Below are positions 15,007 through 24,667 of a DNA stretch of 32,000 nt, one piece after another (position 1 is the first letter of the stretch; every line of letters begins with the position of its first letter). The DNA is from Candidatus Saccharimonadota bacterium. GTDB lineage: Bacteria > Patescibacteriota > Saccharimonadia > Saccharimonadales > UBA4665. The stretch spans positions 60,001 through 92,000 of the forward strand of contig OY970322.1 in assembly GCA_963716945.1 (NCBI GenBank), read 5' to 3'. The notes under the pieces were generated by a model. The model saw only the letters and a list, made by a program, of their open reading frames with translations, was not told the DNA's origin and made no database searches. The position numbers were made by a program, and so were the translations under genes.

Positions 15007-16785
15007 CTAGTCGCGTTTGAGCATGACGGTGAAGGCTTCGGCCGGGATGTCGACTTTGCCGAAGCGTTTCATCCGCTGCTTGCCCTTCTTCTGCTTGGCC
15101 AGGACCTTTTTCTTGCGGGAAACGTCGCCGCCGTAGAGGCCGGTGGTAACGTCTTTGCGGTAGGCGCTGATGTCTTCGCGGGCGATGAACTTGCCGCCGA
15201 TGGCTGCCTGGAGGGCGACCTGGAAGTTCTGGCGCGGGATGACCTCTTTGAGCTTGCCTACGGTATCGCGGCCCAGGCGGTCGGCTTCGGAACGGTGGAC
15301 CATGGTTGACAGGGCGTCGACCCGCTCGCCGGCAACGTAGAAGTCCAGCTTGACCAGGTCGCCGGGCCGGTAGTCATCCAGTTCGTAGTTAAATGAGCCG
15401 TAGCCGCTGGTCAGGCTTTTGAGCTGGTCGTAGAAGTCGGTTAGCAAATTGGCGAGCGGCGCCTCGAAACTGACGAGCGCCCGCTGGTCGACATAGCTCA
15501 GGCTGGTTTGCAGGCCGCGGCGGCCGGAAATCAGCTGGATGACCGGGCCGACGTAGTCTTGCGGGACGACGATTTCGCCCTTGATCCAGGGTTCGCGGAT
15601 TTCGCGGATTTTGGCCGGGTCCGGCAGGTCGGCGGCACTCTTAATGTCGAGCTCCTCGCCGCTGAGCAAGCTGATTTGGTAATCGGTCGACGGGTTGGTG
15701 ACTACCAAGTCTAGACCATACTCGCGCTCCAGGCGCTCGCGAACGATGTCCATGTGGAGCAGGCCCAGGAAACCGATCCGGACCCCGAAACCCAGTACCG
15801 GCGAGTTCTCAGGCGCGAACTGCAGCGCCGAGTCGCTGAGGCTAAGCTTCTCGATGGCATCCTTGAGCTCCTGGTAAAACTCGTTGCTCTCCGGGAAGAA
15901 ACCGGCATAAACGAACGGCTGAACGTCCTTATAGCCGGGCAATTGCCGTGTGGCGGGGCGGGCGCTTAGGGTAACGGTATCGCCGACTTTGGCGTCGCGG
16001 GTAGTCTTGAGGTTGGTGACGATGTAGCCGATTTCGCCGGCCTGCAGGCTCTGGCCGGCCGTCATGTCGGGTTTCAGGGCGCCGACTTCGAGGGCCAGGC
16101 CGGCGGCGCCGGTGGCCATCATCTTTATATGGTCGTTCTTGGCAATCACGCCATCGAACACCCTGATATACAGGATCACGCCGCGGTAATCGTCATAATA
16201 GCTGTCGAAAATCAGCGCCCTGGTTTCCGGCAAAGTCGAACTCTTGGGAGCCGGCACCGATTCAATGATCTTCTCCAGGACCATGTCGACACCGCGGCCG
16301 GTCTTGGCGGAAATTTGCAAAATATCTTCCTGCTTGCAGCCCAGCAGGCTGATGATTTCGGCGCTTACCCGTTCGACATCGGCGGCCGGCAAGTCAATCT
16401 TGTTCAGCACCGGAATAATCGTCAGGTCGGCCGCCAGCGCCAGGTAAACGTTAGCCAGCGTCTGGGCCTGGATACCCTGGCTGGCGTCGACCACCAGCAA
16501 GGCGCCTTCGCATGCTTCCAGGCTGCGCGAAACTTCATAACTGAAATCGACATGGCCCGGCGTATCGATCAGGTTGAGCTCATAGTTTCTGTAGGCCATC
16601 CGGACCGGCGCCAGCTTGATGGTAATGCCCTTTTCGCGCTCCAAGTCCATTTTGTCGAGGTGCTGGGCCTTCATGTCGCGCTGCTGGACGGTACCGGTCA
16701 GCTCCAACAGCCGGTCGGCCAAGGTCGATTTGCCATGGTCAATATGGGCAATAATGCAAAAATTGCGGATGTGGTCCTGCTTCAT
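15007..16785 (-). CDS. lepA: translation elongation factor 4 (LepA)
   Basis: 592 aa with GTPase motifs AHIDHGKST, DTPGH and NKID. The LepA-specific C-terminal region is present (FQVALQAAIGGKFIARE). Confidence 0.95.
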   Translation of the reverse strand: MKQDHIRNFCIIAHIDHGKSTLADRLLELTGTVQQRDMKAQHLDKMDLEREKGITIKLAPVRMAYRNYELNLIDTPGHVDFSYEVSRSLEACEGALLVVDASQGIQAQTLANVYLALAADLTIIPVLNKIDLPAADVERVSAEIISLLGCKQEDILQISAKTGRGVDMVLEKIIESVPAPKSSTLPETRALIFDSYYDDYRGVILYIRVFDGVIAKNDHIKMMATGAAGLALEVGALKPDMTAGQSLQAGEIGYIVTNLKTTRDAKVGDTVTLSARPATRQLPGYKDVQPFVYAGFFPESNEFYQELKDAIEKLSLSDSALQFAPENSPVLGFGVRIGFLGLLHMDIVRERLEREYGLDLVVTNPSTDYQISLLSGEELDIKSAADLPDPAKIREIREPWIKGEIVVPQDYVGPVIQLISGRRGLQTSLSYVDQRALVSFEAPLANLLTDFYDQLKSLTSGYGSFNYELDDYRPGDLVKLDFYVAGERVDALSTMVHRSEADRLGRDTVGKLKEVIPRQNFQVALQAAIGGKFIAREDISAYRKDVTTGLYGGDVSRKKKVLAKQKKGKQRMKRFGKVDIPAEAFTVMLKRD

Positions 16786-16854
16786 GTAGGGAGTATTATA
16801 TAGCTTCCTGGCGGGGCGGCTATATTTTCAAGCCTCGGCCGGTCCAAGCACGGT

Positions 16855-17616
16855 CTAGGCTTCGCGGTCTATGCACTCCATGACACTGGAGTATTTGCTG
16901 CTGGTAATAATCAGATGGTCCAGTAGTTCGATGCCCAGGACATCGCCCGCTTTGATGAGCTGTTCGGTAATCCGGATGTCGGGCACGGTCGGTTCCAGAC
17001 GGCCTGATGGGTGGTTATGGGCCAGTATGATAGCCACGGCTCCGCGCTCGATGGCCGGCTGGAAAACTTCGCGCGGGTGGACGATATTGGACGTCAGGCT
17101 GCCTATCGAAATGATTTCGTCGTGAACAACCTGGTAGCGGCTGTTGAGATAGAGGCCGCGTAACTGTTCCTTCTGGCTAGTGCCCATATCCTTCAGGTAT
17201 TGATAAGCCTGCTTGGCGTTCCTGACCTGCGCCGAACGGCCGGCCTGGCTGGAGTAAAAGCGGCGTCCGAGTTCGAAGCCGGCGATTATTTGACAGGCTT
17301 TGGTCAGGGGTATGTCGGCAGCTTCGGCTAGGCGCTCGGGGTTGAGTTCGCTGCTGATGGCCTTTTCGCCGTACTCTTTGAGCGTTCGCTTGGCCATCGC
17401 CAGAACGTCTTCCGTACGGTTGCCGACGCCCCAAATAATCGCGACCAGCTCGGCGACCGACAAATTGCTGGGGCCAAGCTCTATCAGGCGTTCACGGGGC
17501 CGCATGTCGTCCGGCATGTCCCTGACGCGCAACACATAGCCGGCCTGCGGCTCGCTAAAAACAAGGTCCCGATCTTCCAAACTATAAGGCCGCGGCAATG
17601 TGTCTAGCATGGGCAT
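16855..17616 (-). CDS. radC: RadC-like JAB/MPN domain protein
   Basis: JAMM motif ILAHNHPSGRLEPT and a helix-hairpin-helix-like N-terminal region. The track start at 17766 overlaps murJ and is rejected. The start is ATG 17616, or more likely ATG 17610, which lies 7 nt after TATAAT (17618..17623). Confidence 0.85.
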   Translation of the reverse strand: MPMLDTLPRPYSLEDRDLVFSEPQAGYVLRVRDMPDDMRPRERLIELGPSNLSVAELVAIIWGVGNRTEDVLAMAKRTLKEYGEKAISSELNPERLAEAADIPLTKACQIIAGFELGRRFYSSQAGRSAQVRNAKQAYQYLKDMGTSQKEQLRGLYLNSRYQVVHDEIISIGSLTSNIVHPREVFQPAIERGAVAIILAHNHPSGRLEPTVPDIRITEQLIKAGDVLGIELLDHLIITSSKYSSVMECIDREA

Positions 17617-17698
17617 AATTATAACCTTAGATTTCCAAAAGAATGTTAAAAAATTATTAAAAAATACAAAATCACAGCACCCAGGCGGCCCGCTGCAC

Positions 17699-19303
17699 CT
17701 AGCCCATTCTAATCGGCTTGAGGGCCAGCTTGCGCAGTTTTTCAAACAGCGGCTGGACCTCTTCAAGGCCGAACAGTGCCGATACCGCTATATGCACGGC
17801 AAAAGTCACGAGCGTGATGAAGATCAGCTTGCTGCCAAGCGTCAGGATACCGCGGTCGTTGAAGCCCAGCGGGTAGAGCGAGATCATAATGAAAGCGGCT
17901 ACCACGCTAAAACCGGTCACCGAAATGATCCGCCAGACCCCGCCCCAAAACTGCGCGTCAAACAGCCGGTGGTCACGCTTGAGCATAATACCGGACAGTA
18001 TGAAGACTTCCACCATCGCCACGATTGACTGCGCCAGGGCCAAGCCGGCCACGCCATAACCCTGCGGCGACGGCCGGGCCAAGGTAACGGCCAGAAATAT
18101 GTTTAGCGCAATCGTAAACAGCGATACCACCAGCGGCGTAACCGTATCCCGCTGGGCGTAGAACCAGCGTGAAATAATCGAGTATTGGATCCTGAAGAAA
18201 ATCGCCAGTGTCAGGAAGCCGAAAACCGTGGCGATCTGCGGGCTGCCGTTGGAATAGATCAGGCGGGCCAAATAGCCCCGCGTGAAGTAGCAGATGACGA
18301 CCAGCGGCGCGCTGATCCAAATCATGGCCCTCAGCACCATCAGGAAATCCTTGCGGAACAGGTCGGGCCGGCCCTGGCTGAGGCGCGAGTTAAGCCGCGG
18401 GAAAGCCGCCGTCGAAATCGCCGTGCCGATCAGCAGAATCGGCGCCGTGCTCAGAATGAAAGCATTGTTGTAGTAGGTAATATTGCCTGTGCCCAGGCCG
18501 CTGGCGATGTGGGTTTCGACGATGTTTTCGACCTGGTCGACACCTTGGTCCAGCGATCTTGGCGGCAGGTTGCGCAAAATCGTATGAAAGTCTTTGCTCC
18601 TCCAGGCTATGTGCGGCCACCATTTGAAATTGGTTTTCCATAAACCGCAAATGATGACCAGCAACTGCAGAATACCGCCAATCAATGCCCCCAGGCCCAG
18701 ACCGACCAGACCGATATTGTGTTTAAAGACAAAAATGCTGATGATGATGGACGTGTTATAAAACAGCGGCGCGATGGCGTAGAAAAAGAAGCGGCCCATG
18801 GTTTGCTGGACACTGGTCAGAATGCCGGAAATAGTGAACAGCAGCGGGTTAAAGGCCAGCAGGCGCATGATGGCGGCGGCCGTGTTAAGCTGGGCCGGCG
18901 ATAAGCCGGGCGCCACGACATGCCTAATCAGGAATTTGGCGAAAATCAAGATTATGACGGCCACCACGGCCATGATAATGGCCAGCAGGTTCATCAGCGA
19001 AGCCGACAATTCCCACATGCCCTTGCGGTCGCCCTTATGGTAGCGGTCGGACAGTACCGGCATGAAGGCCACGCCGAGCGCGCCGGCCGCCAGCGTGAAG
19101 AAGAAAAGGTCGGGTATGTTAAAAGCCGCGAAGTAGGCGTCGGTACTGTGCGGCCCGGTCGTCGGGAAGTTGGAGTTGACCAGCTTGGTACGGAGGAAGC
19201 CCAGAAGCTGCCCGGCGAAAGACGTACCGATCAGCAAAATCGCGATATTGCCAATACTAAGGCGGTTTTTCTTTTTAACCGGCGCGGGGGCGGTAGGGTT
19301 CAT
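17699..19303 (-). CDS. murJ: lipid II flippase MurJ (MviN family)
   Basis: 534 aa, about 14 TM helices, with a MurJ/MOP-type N-terminus (LLGFLRTKLVNSNFPTTGPHSTDAYFAAFNIPD). Starts 7 nt after the ftsH stop. Confidence 0.85.
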   Translation of the reverse strand: MNPTAPAPVKKKNRLSIGNIAILLIGTSFAGQLLGFLRTKLVNSNFPTTGPHSTDAYFAAFNIPDLFFFTLAAGALGVAFMPVLSDRYHKGDRKGMWELSASLMNLLAIIMAVVAVIILIFAKFLIRHVVAPGLSPAQLNTAAAIMRLLAFNPLLFTISGILTSVQQTMGRFFFYAIAPLFYNTSIIISIFVFKHNIGLVGLGLGALIGGILQLLVIICGLWKTNFKWWPHIAWRSKDFHTILRNLPPRSLDQGVDQVENIVETHIASGLGTGNITYYNNAFILSTAPILLIGTAISTAAFPRLNSRLSQGRPDLFRKDFLMVLRAMIWISAPLVVICYFTRGYLARLIYSNGSPQIATVFGFLTLAIFFRIQYSIISRWFYAQRDTVTPLVVSLFTIALNIFLAVTLARPSPQGYGVAGLALAQSIVAMVEVFILSGIMLKRDHRLFDAQFWGGVWRIISVTGFSVVAAFIMISLYPLGFNDRGILTLGSKLIFITLVTFAVHIAVSALFGLEEVQPLFEKLRKLALKPIRMG

Positions 19304-19310
19304 TCAATCA

Positions 19311-21179
19311 CTAGTATAATGCAGCGGCGGATGGAAGTTTAGCACCTTTTAGGGCTTCCAGGACTTCATCGGCGTCAACAGTCTCTTTTTCGATTAAGCG
19401 GTCCTTGAGGACTTCGAGCTTGCTAAGATTGGATTTGATAACGGCGCGGGCACGGGTAGCGGCCTCGGTAATCAGGCTTTCGACCTCTTCGTCTATCACC
19501 TTGGCCGTATCGTCGGAGTAATCCCGCTCGTGGACCAGGCGGTCAATCATCATGCCGTCATCGACATGGAAGACCTGGTCGCGCAGTTTCGTGCCCATAC
19601 CCTGGTTGACTATCATATCGCGGGCCAGTTCGGCGGCTTGCTGCAAGTCGCTGCCGGCGCCGGTCGTGATACGGTCTTTGCCGAGAACGACTTCCTCGGC
19701 GATGCGGCCGCCGAGGGCGCGGGCCAGCATATCCTTGAACTGGATCAAAGAAACGAACATCCGGTCTTCCGGCGGTATCGACCAGGTCACGCCGCCGGTA
19801 CTGCCTCGGGGGATAATGGTAACTTTGTGGACCGGGTCGGCATCCGGCAAAACATGGCCGACGAGGGCATGGCCGGCTTCGTGGTAAGCGGTGGTTATCT
19901 TATCGGCTTCGGTCATGACTTTGCTCTTGCGCTCGGGCCCGATCGCTACGCGCTCAAAGGCCTCGGTGACATCGTGCTGGGTGATTTCGTTATGGGAGTT
20001 GCGGGCGGCAATGATGGCCGACTCGTTGGCGATGTTAGCCAGGTCGGCGCCGGATGTGCCGGCGGCTTTGGCGGCCAAAGCGTCGAGGTCCACGCCCTTG
20101 GCCAGCGGCTTCTTCGCGAAGTGGACCTTCAGGATAGCTTCGCGGTCTTTGCGGTCCGGCAAACCGATATTAACCCGGCGGTCAAAACGGCCCGGGCGCA
20201 GTAAGGCCGGATCGAGCACGTCGGCCCGGTTAGTGGCGGCCAGCACGATGACGTTCTGGCCTTGTTCGAAGCCGTCCATCTCGACCAGGATCTGGTTCAG
20301 CGTTTGCTCCCGCTCGTCATGGCCGCCGCCCATGCCGGAACCGCGGCGGCGGCCGACGGCGTCGATTTCGTCGACGAAGATAATACAGGGGGCGTTTTTC
20401 TTGGCCTTGGCGAACAAGTCCCTCACCCGGGAAGCACCGACGCCGACGAACATTTCGACGAATTCCGAACCGGAAATACTGAAGAACGGCACGTTGGCTT
20501 CGCCGGCCACGGCCCGCGCCAGCATCGTTTTGCCCGTACCGGGCGGCCCGACCAGCAGTACGCCCTTGGGTATGCGGGCGCCCATACTGGCGAATTTCTT
20601 GGGGAATTTGAGGAATTCGACGACCTCTTCGAGGTCTTGCTTGGCTTCGTTGCTGCCGGCGATGTCCTTGAAGGTGGCCTTGTCCTTCTCGTTGCCATAA
20701 AGCCGGGCGCGGCTCTTGCCGAAACTCAGGGCCTGGTTGCCTTGGCCCTGGGCGCTCCTAAGCATGAAGTATAGGACGCCGGCAATCAGCACTACCGGAA
20801 TGATCGAGCCGGCCAAGCTTATCAAAGCCGAGTTGCTGGTGGAATCCGACTTGTAGGTGATCGATACTTTGTTGGTGTCGAAGCCCTGTTCCTTGAGGCT
20901 GGAGTTGCCGTCGACGTAGGTCTTGAGCGTGGCGTGGTTCTCGCCCTTCGGGGTGATGGTCAGTTCGTTGCTGGTAACTACTATGCTGCTGTACTTGCCG
21001 GCGTTGGTCTGGCTGATAGCCGTCGTCGACGGGATTTCTTTGAGCGTGCTGGGCTGGTTGTAGGCTGCGATGATGATCAAACCGAAGACTATCAGCAGGG
21101 CGATGAAGCCGGCGTTCTTCATCCCGCGCTTATTATTAGCGCTAGGCCGGCGGCTTGGTCGGTGAGGTTTTCTATCCAT
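19311..21179 (-). CDS. ftsH: ATP-dependent zinc metalloprotease FtsH
   Basis: 622 aa with Walker A GPPGTGKT, Walker B IIFVDEID, the second region of homology (SRH) [20 protein letters not shown] and the zinc site HEAGHAL. Confidence 0.97.
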   Translation of the reverse strand: MDRKPHRPSRRPSANNKRGMKNAGFIALLIVFGLIIIAAYNQPSTLKEIPSTTAISQTNAGKYSSIVVTSNELTITPKGENHATLKTYVDGNSSLKEQGFDTNKVSITYKSDSTSNSALISLAGSIIPVVLIAGVLYFMLRSAQGQGNQALSFGKSRARLYGNEKDKATFKDIAGSNEAKQDLEEVVEFLKFPKKFASMGARIPKGVLLVGPPGTGKTMLARAVAGEANVPFFSISGSEFVEMFVGVGASRVRDLFAKAKKNAPCIIFVDEIDAVGRRRGSGMGGGHDEREQTLNQILVEMDGFEQGQNVIVLAATNRADVLDPALLRPGRFDRRVNIGLPDRKDREAILKVHFAKKPLAKGVDLDALAAKAAGTSGADLANIANESAIIAARNSHNEITQHDVTEAFERVAIGPERKSKVMTEADKITTAYHEAGHALVGHVLPDADPVHKVTIIPRGSTGGVTWSIPPEDRMFVSLIQFKDMLARALGGRIAEEVVLGKDRITTGAGSDLQQAAELARDMIVNQGMGTKLRDQVFHVDDGMMIDRLVHERDYSDDTAKVIDEEVESLITEAATRARAVIKSNLSKLEVLKDRLIEKETVDADEVLEALKGAKLPSAAALY

Positions 21180-21215
21180 GTGATTAACAATTATAACGCC
21201 GCCGGGCGTTTTTGC

Positions 21216-22118
21216 CTAGCGCTCCGAACCGGCGAGTGCCAGATAGCCGGGGCGGATGACCATATTAAGGCCGGCTTGCACGGGGAAAACCTTGCCGGCG
21301 GCGGCCGTCTTGGCGGAGACGACCAGCCGTTCCAGGGTTTTACTGTCGAAGCCGGCTGCCTGGTGGGCACGCAGCCAGGCCGCCATGACTTCCCGGGCTA
21401 CGCTATGGGGTAAATGATTAAACCACTGGCGGTCAATCGTGCCGGCGGCGGCCTGCATATGCAGCTGGTTAACCAAGGCATTATCCAGTTCTTGATTAGT
21501 CCGGCCCAGGCCATCGATGATTTCCCGGAAACGCGCCCGGCCGGCGGTATCAAACCGCGGCATCAGCCGGCGCCGGACGTAGTTGCGCAAGTAGGCTTCA
21601 TCGCTATTAGTGCTATCTTCGAGCCACCGCAGGTCATGGCTGCGGGCATAGGCCACGATATCCTGCTTGGGAACGCCTAGCAGCGGCCGGGCCAGCCCGG
21701 GCCGTCCGCTCAAAGCCGTCAAACCTTTGCGCCCGCTGCCGCGCAAAATATTAATAATCGCCGTTTCCAGCACGTCATCCTGATGATGGGCCGTAATTAT
21801 AGCCCGAGCGCCGGCGGCAGTTTCGGTTTTACGCAAAAAATCATAGCGGGCTTCACGGGCCTCGGCCTCGCTGGCCGCCGGGCCGAGACGGCTTTCGTGA
21901 TAAACGAACGGCAACCCGTAGCTGCGGGCCGTCGCCTGTACCAACCGCCGGTCGTCAACCGAATCCGGCCTGATGCCATGGTCCAGATGGGCCACTATCA
22001 GCTTCCAACTCCTGTCTTCATAGCTCTTTTTGTGCAGCATGTCCAGCAAGACCATAGAGTCAACTCCACCGCTTACAGCAACCACGTACTTACCAGGTTT
22101 TGGCAATACTACATCCAT
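21216..22118 (-). CDS. tilS: tRNA(Ile)-lysidine synthase TilS
   Basis: PP-loop VAVSGGVDSMVLLDML and the AHHQDD motif. The conserved tilS-ftsH adjacency is present. Confidence 0.85.
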   Translation of the reverse strand: MDVVLPKPGKYVVAVSGGVDSMVLLDMLHKKSYEDRSWKLIVAHLDHGIRPDSVDDRRLVQATARSYGLPFVYHESRLGPAASEAEAREARYDFLRKTETAAGARAIITAHHQDDVLETAIINILRGSGRKGLTALSGRPGLARPLLGVPKQDIVAYARSHDLRWLEDSTNSDEAYLRNYVRRRLMPRFDTAGRARFREIIDGLGRTNQELDNALVNQLHMQAAAGTIDRQWFNHLPHSVAREVMAAWLRAHQAAGFDSKTLERLVVSAKTAAAGKVFPVQAGLNMVIRPGYLALAGSER

Positions 22119-22128
22119 ATCTTATTAT
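22100..22128 (+). promoter_or_regulatory. putative leaderless promoter of the 22136 gene
   Basis: TTGGCA (22100..22105), a 17-nt spacer, TATTAT (22123..22128), then 7 nt to ATG 22136. The -35 box lies inside the tilS coding sequence. Confidence 0.5.
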
Positions 22129-22135
22129 TGTAGCA

Positions 22136-22402
22136 ATGGCTGAACATCAAACATTAGAAGAAAGAGTCGCAAAACTGGAAATTCGTAACCACCGCGTCGA
22201 ATCCGACAAGGCCTGGGAAACCAGCTGGGCGCGCCGCGGTTCACTGATGCTGCTAATATATCTAACGATAATCTTTTACTTGAGATTCGTGGTTCATATC
22301 GAGCCCTGGATTAACGGGCTTGTACCAGTCATTGGCTACTTCGTATCAACTCTGACAATCGGCTTTCTCAAACGACGCTGGCTGGAATACAAAGCTCGAT
22401 AA
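22136..22402 (+). CDS. hypothetical small membrane protein (88 aa; coiled N-terminus plus 2 TM helices)
   Basis: Start moved from 22100 to ATG 22136 (MAEHQTLEERVAKLE...) to clear the tilS start. The next gene follows 6 nt after its stop. Confidence 0.5.
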   Translation: MAEHQTLEERVAKLEIRNHRVESDKAWETSWARRGSLMLLIYLTIIFYLRFVVHIEPWINGLVPVIGYFVSTLTIGFLKRRWLEYKAR

Positions 22403-22408
22403 GGCACG

Positions 22409-23167
22409 ATGAGAGACATTCTACTTTTTGGGACGGGCATTCTAGTGGGCGCCATGAACTCGATCGCCGGCGGCGGCATGCTGATCGGTTTCCCGATGTT
22501 GCTGGCGGCCGGCATGCCCGCCTTGGCTGCCAACGTGACAACCAATATCGTCGTCATACCCGGCCAGGTCGGCGCGATTATCGGCTACCGCAAATACTTG
22601 AAAAAAATTCCCCGCAGCTACCTGATGCTGATCATCCCTTGCGTTATCGGCGCCGGCATCGGCTCTTCGATCCTCAAGCACACTTCGTCGTCACGCTTCA
22701 ACGAACTTATCCCCGGCTTACTGATGGTGGCGGTGCTGCTGTTCGCCGTCCAGCCCTTCCTGCACTTCCATCTTCGCCGCCACCTGCTTGGCAAGGCCAA
22801 AGGCCCTTCGACCTTGATGCTAATCGGGCTGGCTCTGTTGCCGATGTCGGTCTACGGCGGCTATTTCGGGGTCGGCTTCGGCTTCGTCTTGCTGGCTTTT
22901 CTCGGATTTACCAAAATGCACGACATTCACCAGATCAACGCCCTCAAGAATATAGTCACGATATTCATCGCCATGACATCGGTTTGCGTCCTGTTCAGCA
23001 CCGGCCTGATCGATTGGCAATACGGTTTGTCTATGGCGGCCGGTTGCGCGGCCGGCGGGTACTACGGCTCGCGGCTGGCGCAGCGGTTTTCCTCCCACGC
23101 TATTCGAATCGTCGTCATAATTATCGGTTTCGCGGCCGTAACGAACCTGGCTTTCCGCACCTACTAA
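22409..23167 (+). CDS. TSUP (TauE/SafE, DUF81) family anion exporter/permease
   Basis: 252 aa, about 8 TM helices, with the typical N-terminus GILVGAMNSIAGGGMLIGFPMLL. Confidence 0.8.
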   Translation: MRDILLFGTGILVGAMNSIAGGGMLIGFPMLLAAGMPALAANVTTNIVVIPGQVGAIIGYRKYLKKIPRSYLMLIIPCVIGAGIGSSILKHTSSSRFNELIPGLLMVAVLLFAVQPFLHFHLRRHLLGKAKGPSTLMLIGLALLPMSVYGGYFGVGFGFVLLAFLGFTKMHDIHQINALKNIVTIFIAMTSVCVLFSTGLIDWQYGLSMAAGCAAGGYYGSRLAQRFSSHAIRIVVIIIGFAAVTNLAFRTY

Positions 23168-23169
23168 GC

Positions 23170-23198
23170 TGGTCAACAGATAAGAATCGTGCTATATT
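23170..23198 (+). promoter_or_regulatory. putative promoter of tRNA-Met (and possibly the downstream operon)
   Basis: TGGTCA (23170..23175), a 17-nt spacer, then TATATT (23193..23198), 20 nt upstream of the tRNA 5' end. Confidence 0.4.
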
Positions 23199-23218
23199 AG
23201 CCCCTGTCTTAACGACAT

Positions 23219-23294
23219 GGCGGCGTAGCTCAGTGGTTAGAGCACAGGACTCATAAGCCTGGGGTCAGTGGTTCAAATCCACTCGCCGCTACCA
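23219..23294 (+). tRNA. tRNA with CAU anticodon (elongator Met, or Ile2 substrate of TilS), CCA encoded
   Basis: Hand-folded cloverleaf. Acceptor GGCGGCG/CGCCGCT (G1-U72), D stem GCTC/GAGC, anticodon loop CTCATAA. T arm AGTGG-TTCAAAT-CCACT, discriminator A, then CCA. It lacks the initiator features (no 1-72 mismatch, no GGG/CCC anticodon stem). Confidence 0.85.
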
Positions 23295-23300
23295 TTTACC

Positions 23301-23984
23301 ATGGATAATCCACAGCCGCAAGCATCAATCAGCGAAGATCACGGTATCTCGGCATTGGCCGGTGATGACTTTAATATATACAGTGTCGGCATATCGACCG
23401 GCGGGGTAGCGGAAATTCGTATGGCCGCGGCCGACCCTAAGCGCCGCATCATAGGCACTACTATCGACGAGGAAGGTATAGTTTTTGCCCGGCAAAATAT
23501 AGCCAAAAGCGGTTACGGGCAGCAAATAGAAGCCAAGATAGAGGATATTACCCGGCCATTACCCTACCAAGACGGCTATTTTGACTATGTTTATGCCCGG
23601 CTGGTGCTGCATTATTTACCAGAACGGGGTTTGGTCGACGCGCTTTCTGAGCTGTACCGCGTGCTTAAACCTGGAGGCAAGCTATTTGTAGTGGTACGCT
23701 CTACAAAATGCCCTGACGCTTTACGTGACGGCAACAGCTTCGACCCGGTGACACATCTGACAACCTATACCTACACGGAAAAGGCCACCGGCAGACAGGA
23801 ACTACAGCGCCGTTTCTTTCACACCGAGGCCTCCATTAGCAAATACATACGGAATGCCGGCTTTGGTATTAAGTCCGTCGGGTCTTACGACGAGCAGTTG
23901 TTCGTGGACTTCATGCGGACCATCAAGTCACCGGAAATTGACAATGTTATTGAGCTGCTGGCCGTGAAAGGCGGGGAAACATGA
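23301..23984 (+). CDS. class I SAM-dependent methyltransferase
   Basis: Start moved to ATG 23301 because the track start at 23268 overlaps the tRNA. Methyltransf_11-like core (DYVYARLVLHYL ... LYRVLKPGGKLFVVV). Confidence 0.7.
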   Translation: MDNPQPQASISEDHGISALAGDDFNIYSVGISTGGVAEIRMAAADPKRRIIGTTIDEEGIVFARQNIAKSGYGQQIEAKIEDITRPLPYQDGYFDYVYARLVLHYLPERGLVDALSELYRVLKPGGKLFVVVRSTKCPDALRDGNSFDPVTHLTTYTYTEKATGRQELQRRFFHTEASISKYIRNAGFGIKSVGSYDEQLFVDFMRTIKSPEIDNVIELLAVKGGET

Positions 23985-24667
23985 CGGGAAGAGAGGCGAA
24001 CTTTGGCAATATAAAGGCGATTTTCTTTGATATTGCCGATACTCTGTACTCTAACGAGGCTATGGAGGCCGCATACCCGGCAAAGCTCGTGGAATTACTG
24101 TCAGCCACCCGCGGCCTATCGGCCGACGAAGCCAAGGCTTTGTTAAAAGAAACGTCGGAAAGGCTAAAGGGCACGGTCAGCCATTTAACCAAAGTACGGA
24201 CCATGGCCGAACTCGGTTACAGCCGCGCCGAGGTGCATGAAGCTTTCTGCAAGGTCGATCCGTCAGAATTCCTTAGTCCCGATCCGCAATTAAACCCGGT
24301 TATGTCACGGCTTTCCAAGAGCTATAAACTTGGCATTATCTCTAACTTTAAGCGTTCCCACATGTTGCAGGTGCTTGACGCGCTTGGCTTATCACCGGAG
24401 TGGTTTCCGCTGCTGGTAACGGAGGACATTGTCGAAGAAATCAAGCCCGACCCCGAACCATTCCTGAAAGCTATTGAACTATCCGGCTATACGGCCGGTG
24501 AATGCCTGTATGTCGGCGACAGTCCGACCAAGGACATGCAGCCCGCCAAGCAATCGGGCATGGCTACGGTCCTGGTTGGCGATAATGTACCGCCGGACAA
24601 GCCGACATACGCCGATGCTGTTATATCCGACGTGAAGCAGCTGGTCGGTTTGTTGCAAGGCTCTTAG
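23981..24667 (+). CDS. HAD-IA family hydrolase
   Basis: Motif I is IFFDIADTLY and motif IV is LYVGDSPTKDM. ATGA start/stop overlap with the methyltransferase gene. Confidence 0.8.
   Translation: MTGREANFGNIKAIFFDIADTLYSNEAMEAAYPAKLVELLSATRGLSADEAKALLKETSERLKGTVSHLTKVRTMAELGYSRAEVHEAFCKVDPSEFLSPDPQLNPVMSRLSKSYKLGIISNFKRSHMLQVLDALGLSPEWFPLLVTEDIVEEIKPDPEPFLKAIELSGYTAGECLYVGDSPTKDMQPAKQSGMATVLVGDNVPPDKPTYADAVISDVKQLVGLLQGS

Noticed and set aside
17617-17766. A 50-codon N-terminal extension of radC overlapping the 3' end of murJ.
   Set aside because: The extension is Cys/Trp/Phe-rich nonsense. RadC homology begins after MPMLDT, and a TATAAT box sits at 17618..17623.
23268-23300. ORF-track start of the methyltransferase gene inside tRNA(CAU).
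   Set aside because: The first 27 nt are the tRNA T-arm and acceptor stem. ATG 23301 is the first start outside the tRNA.
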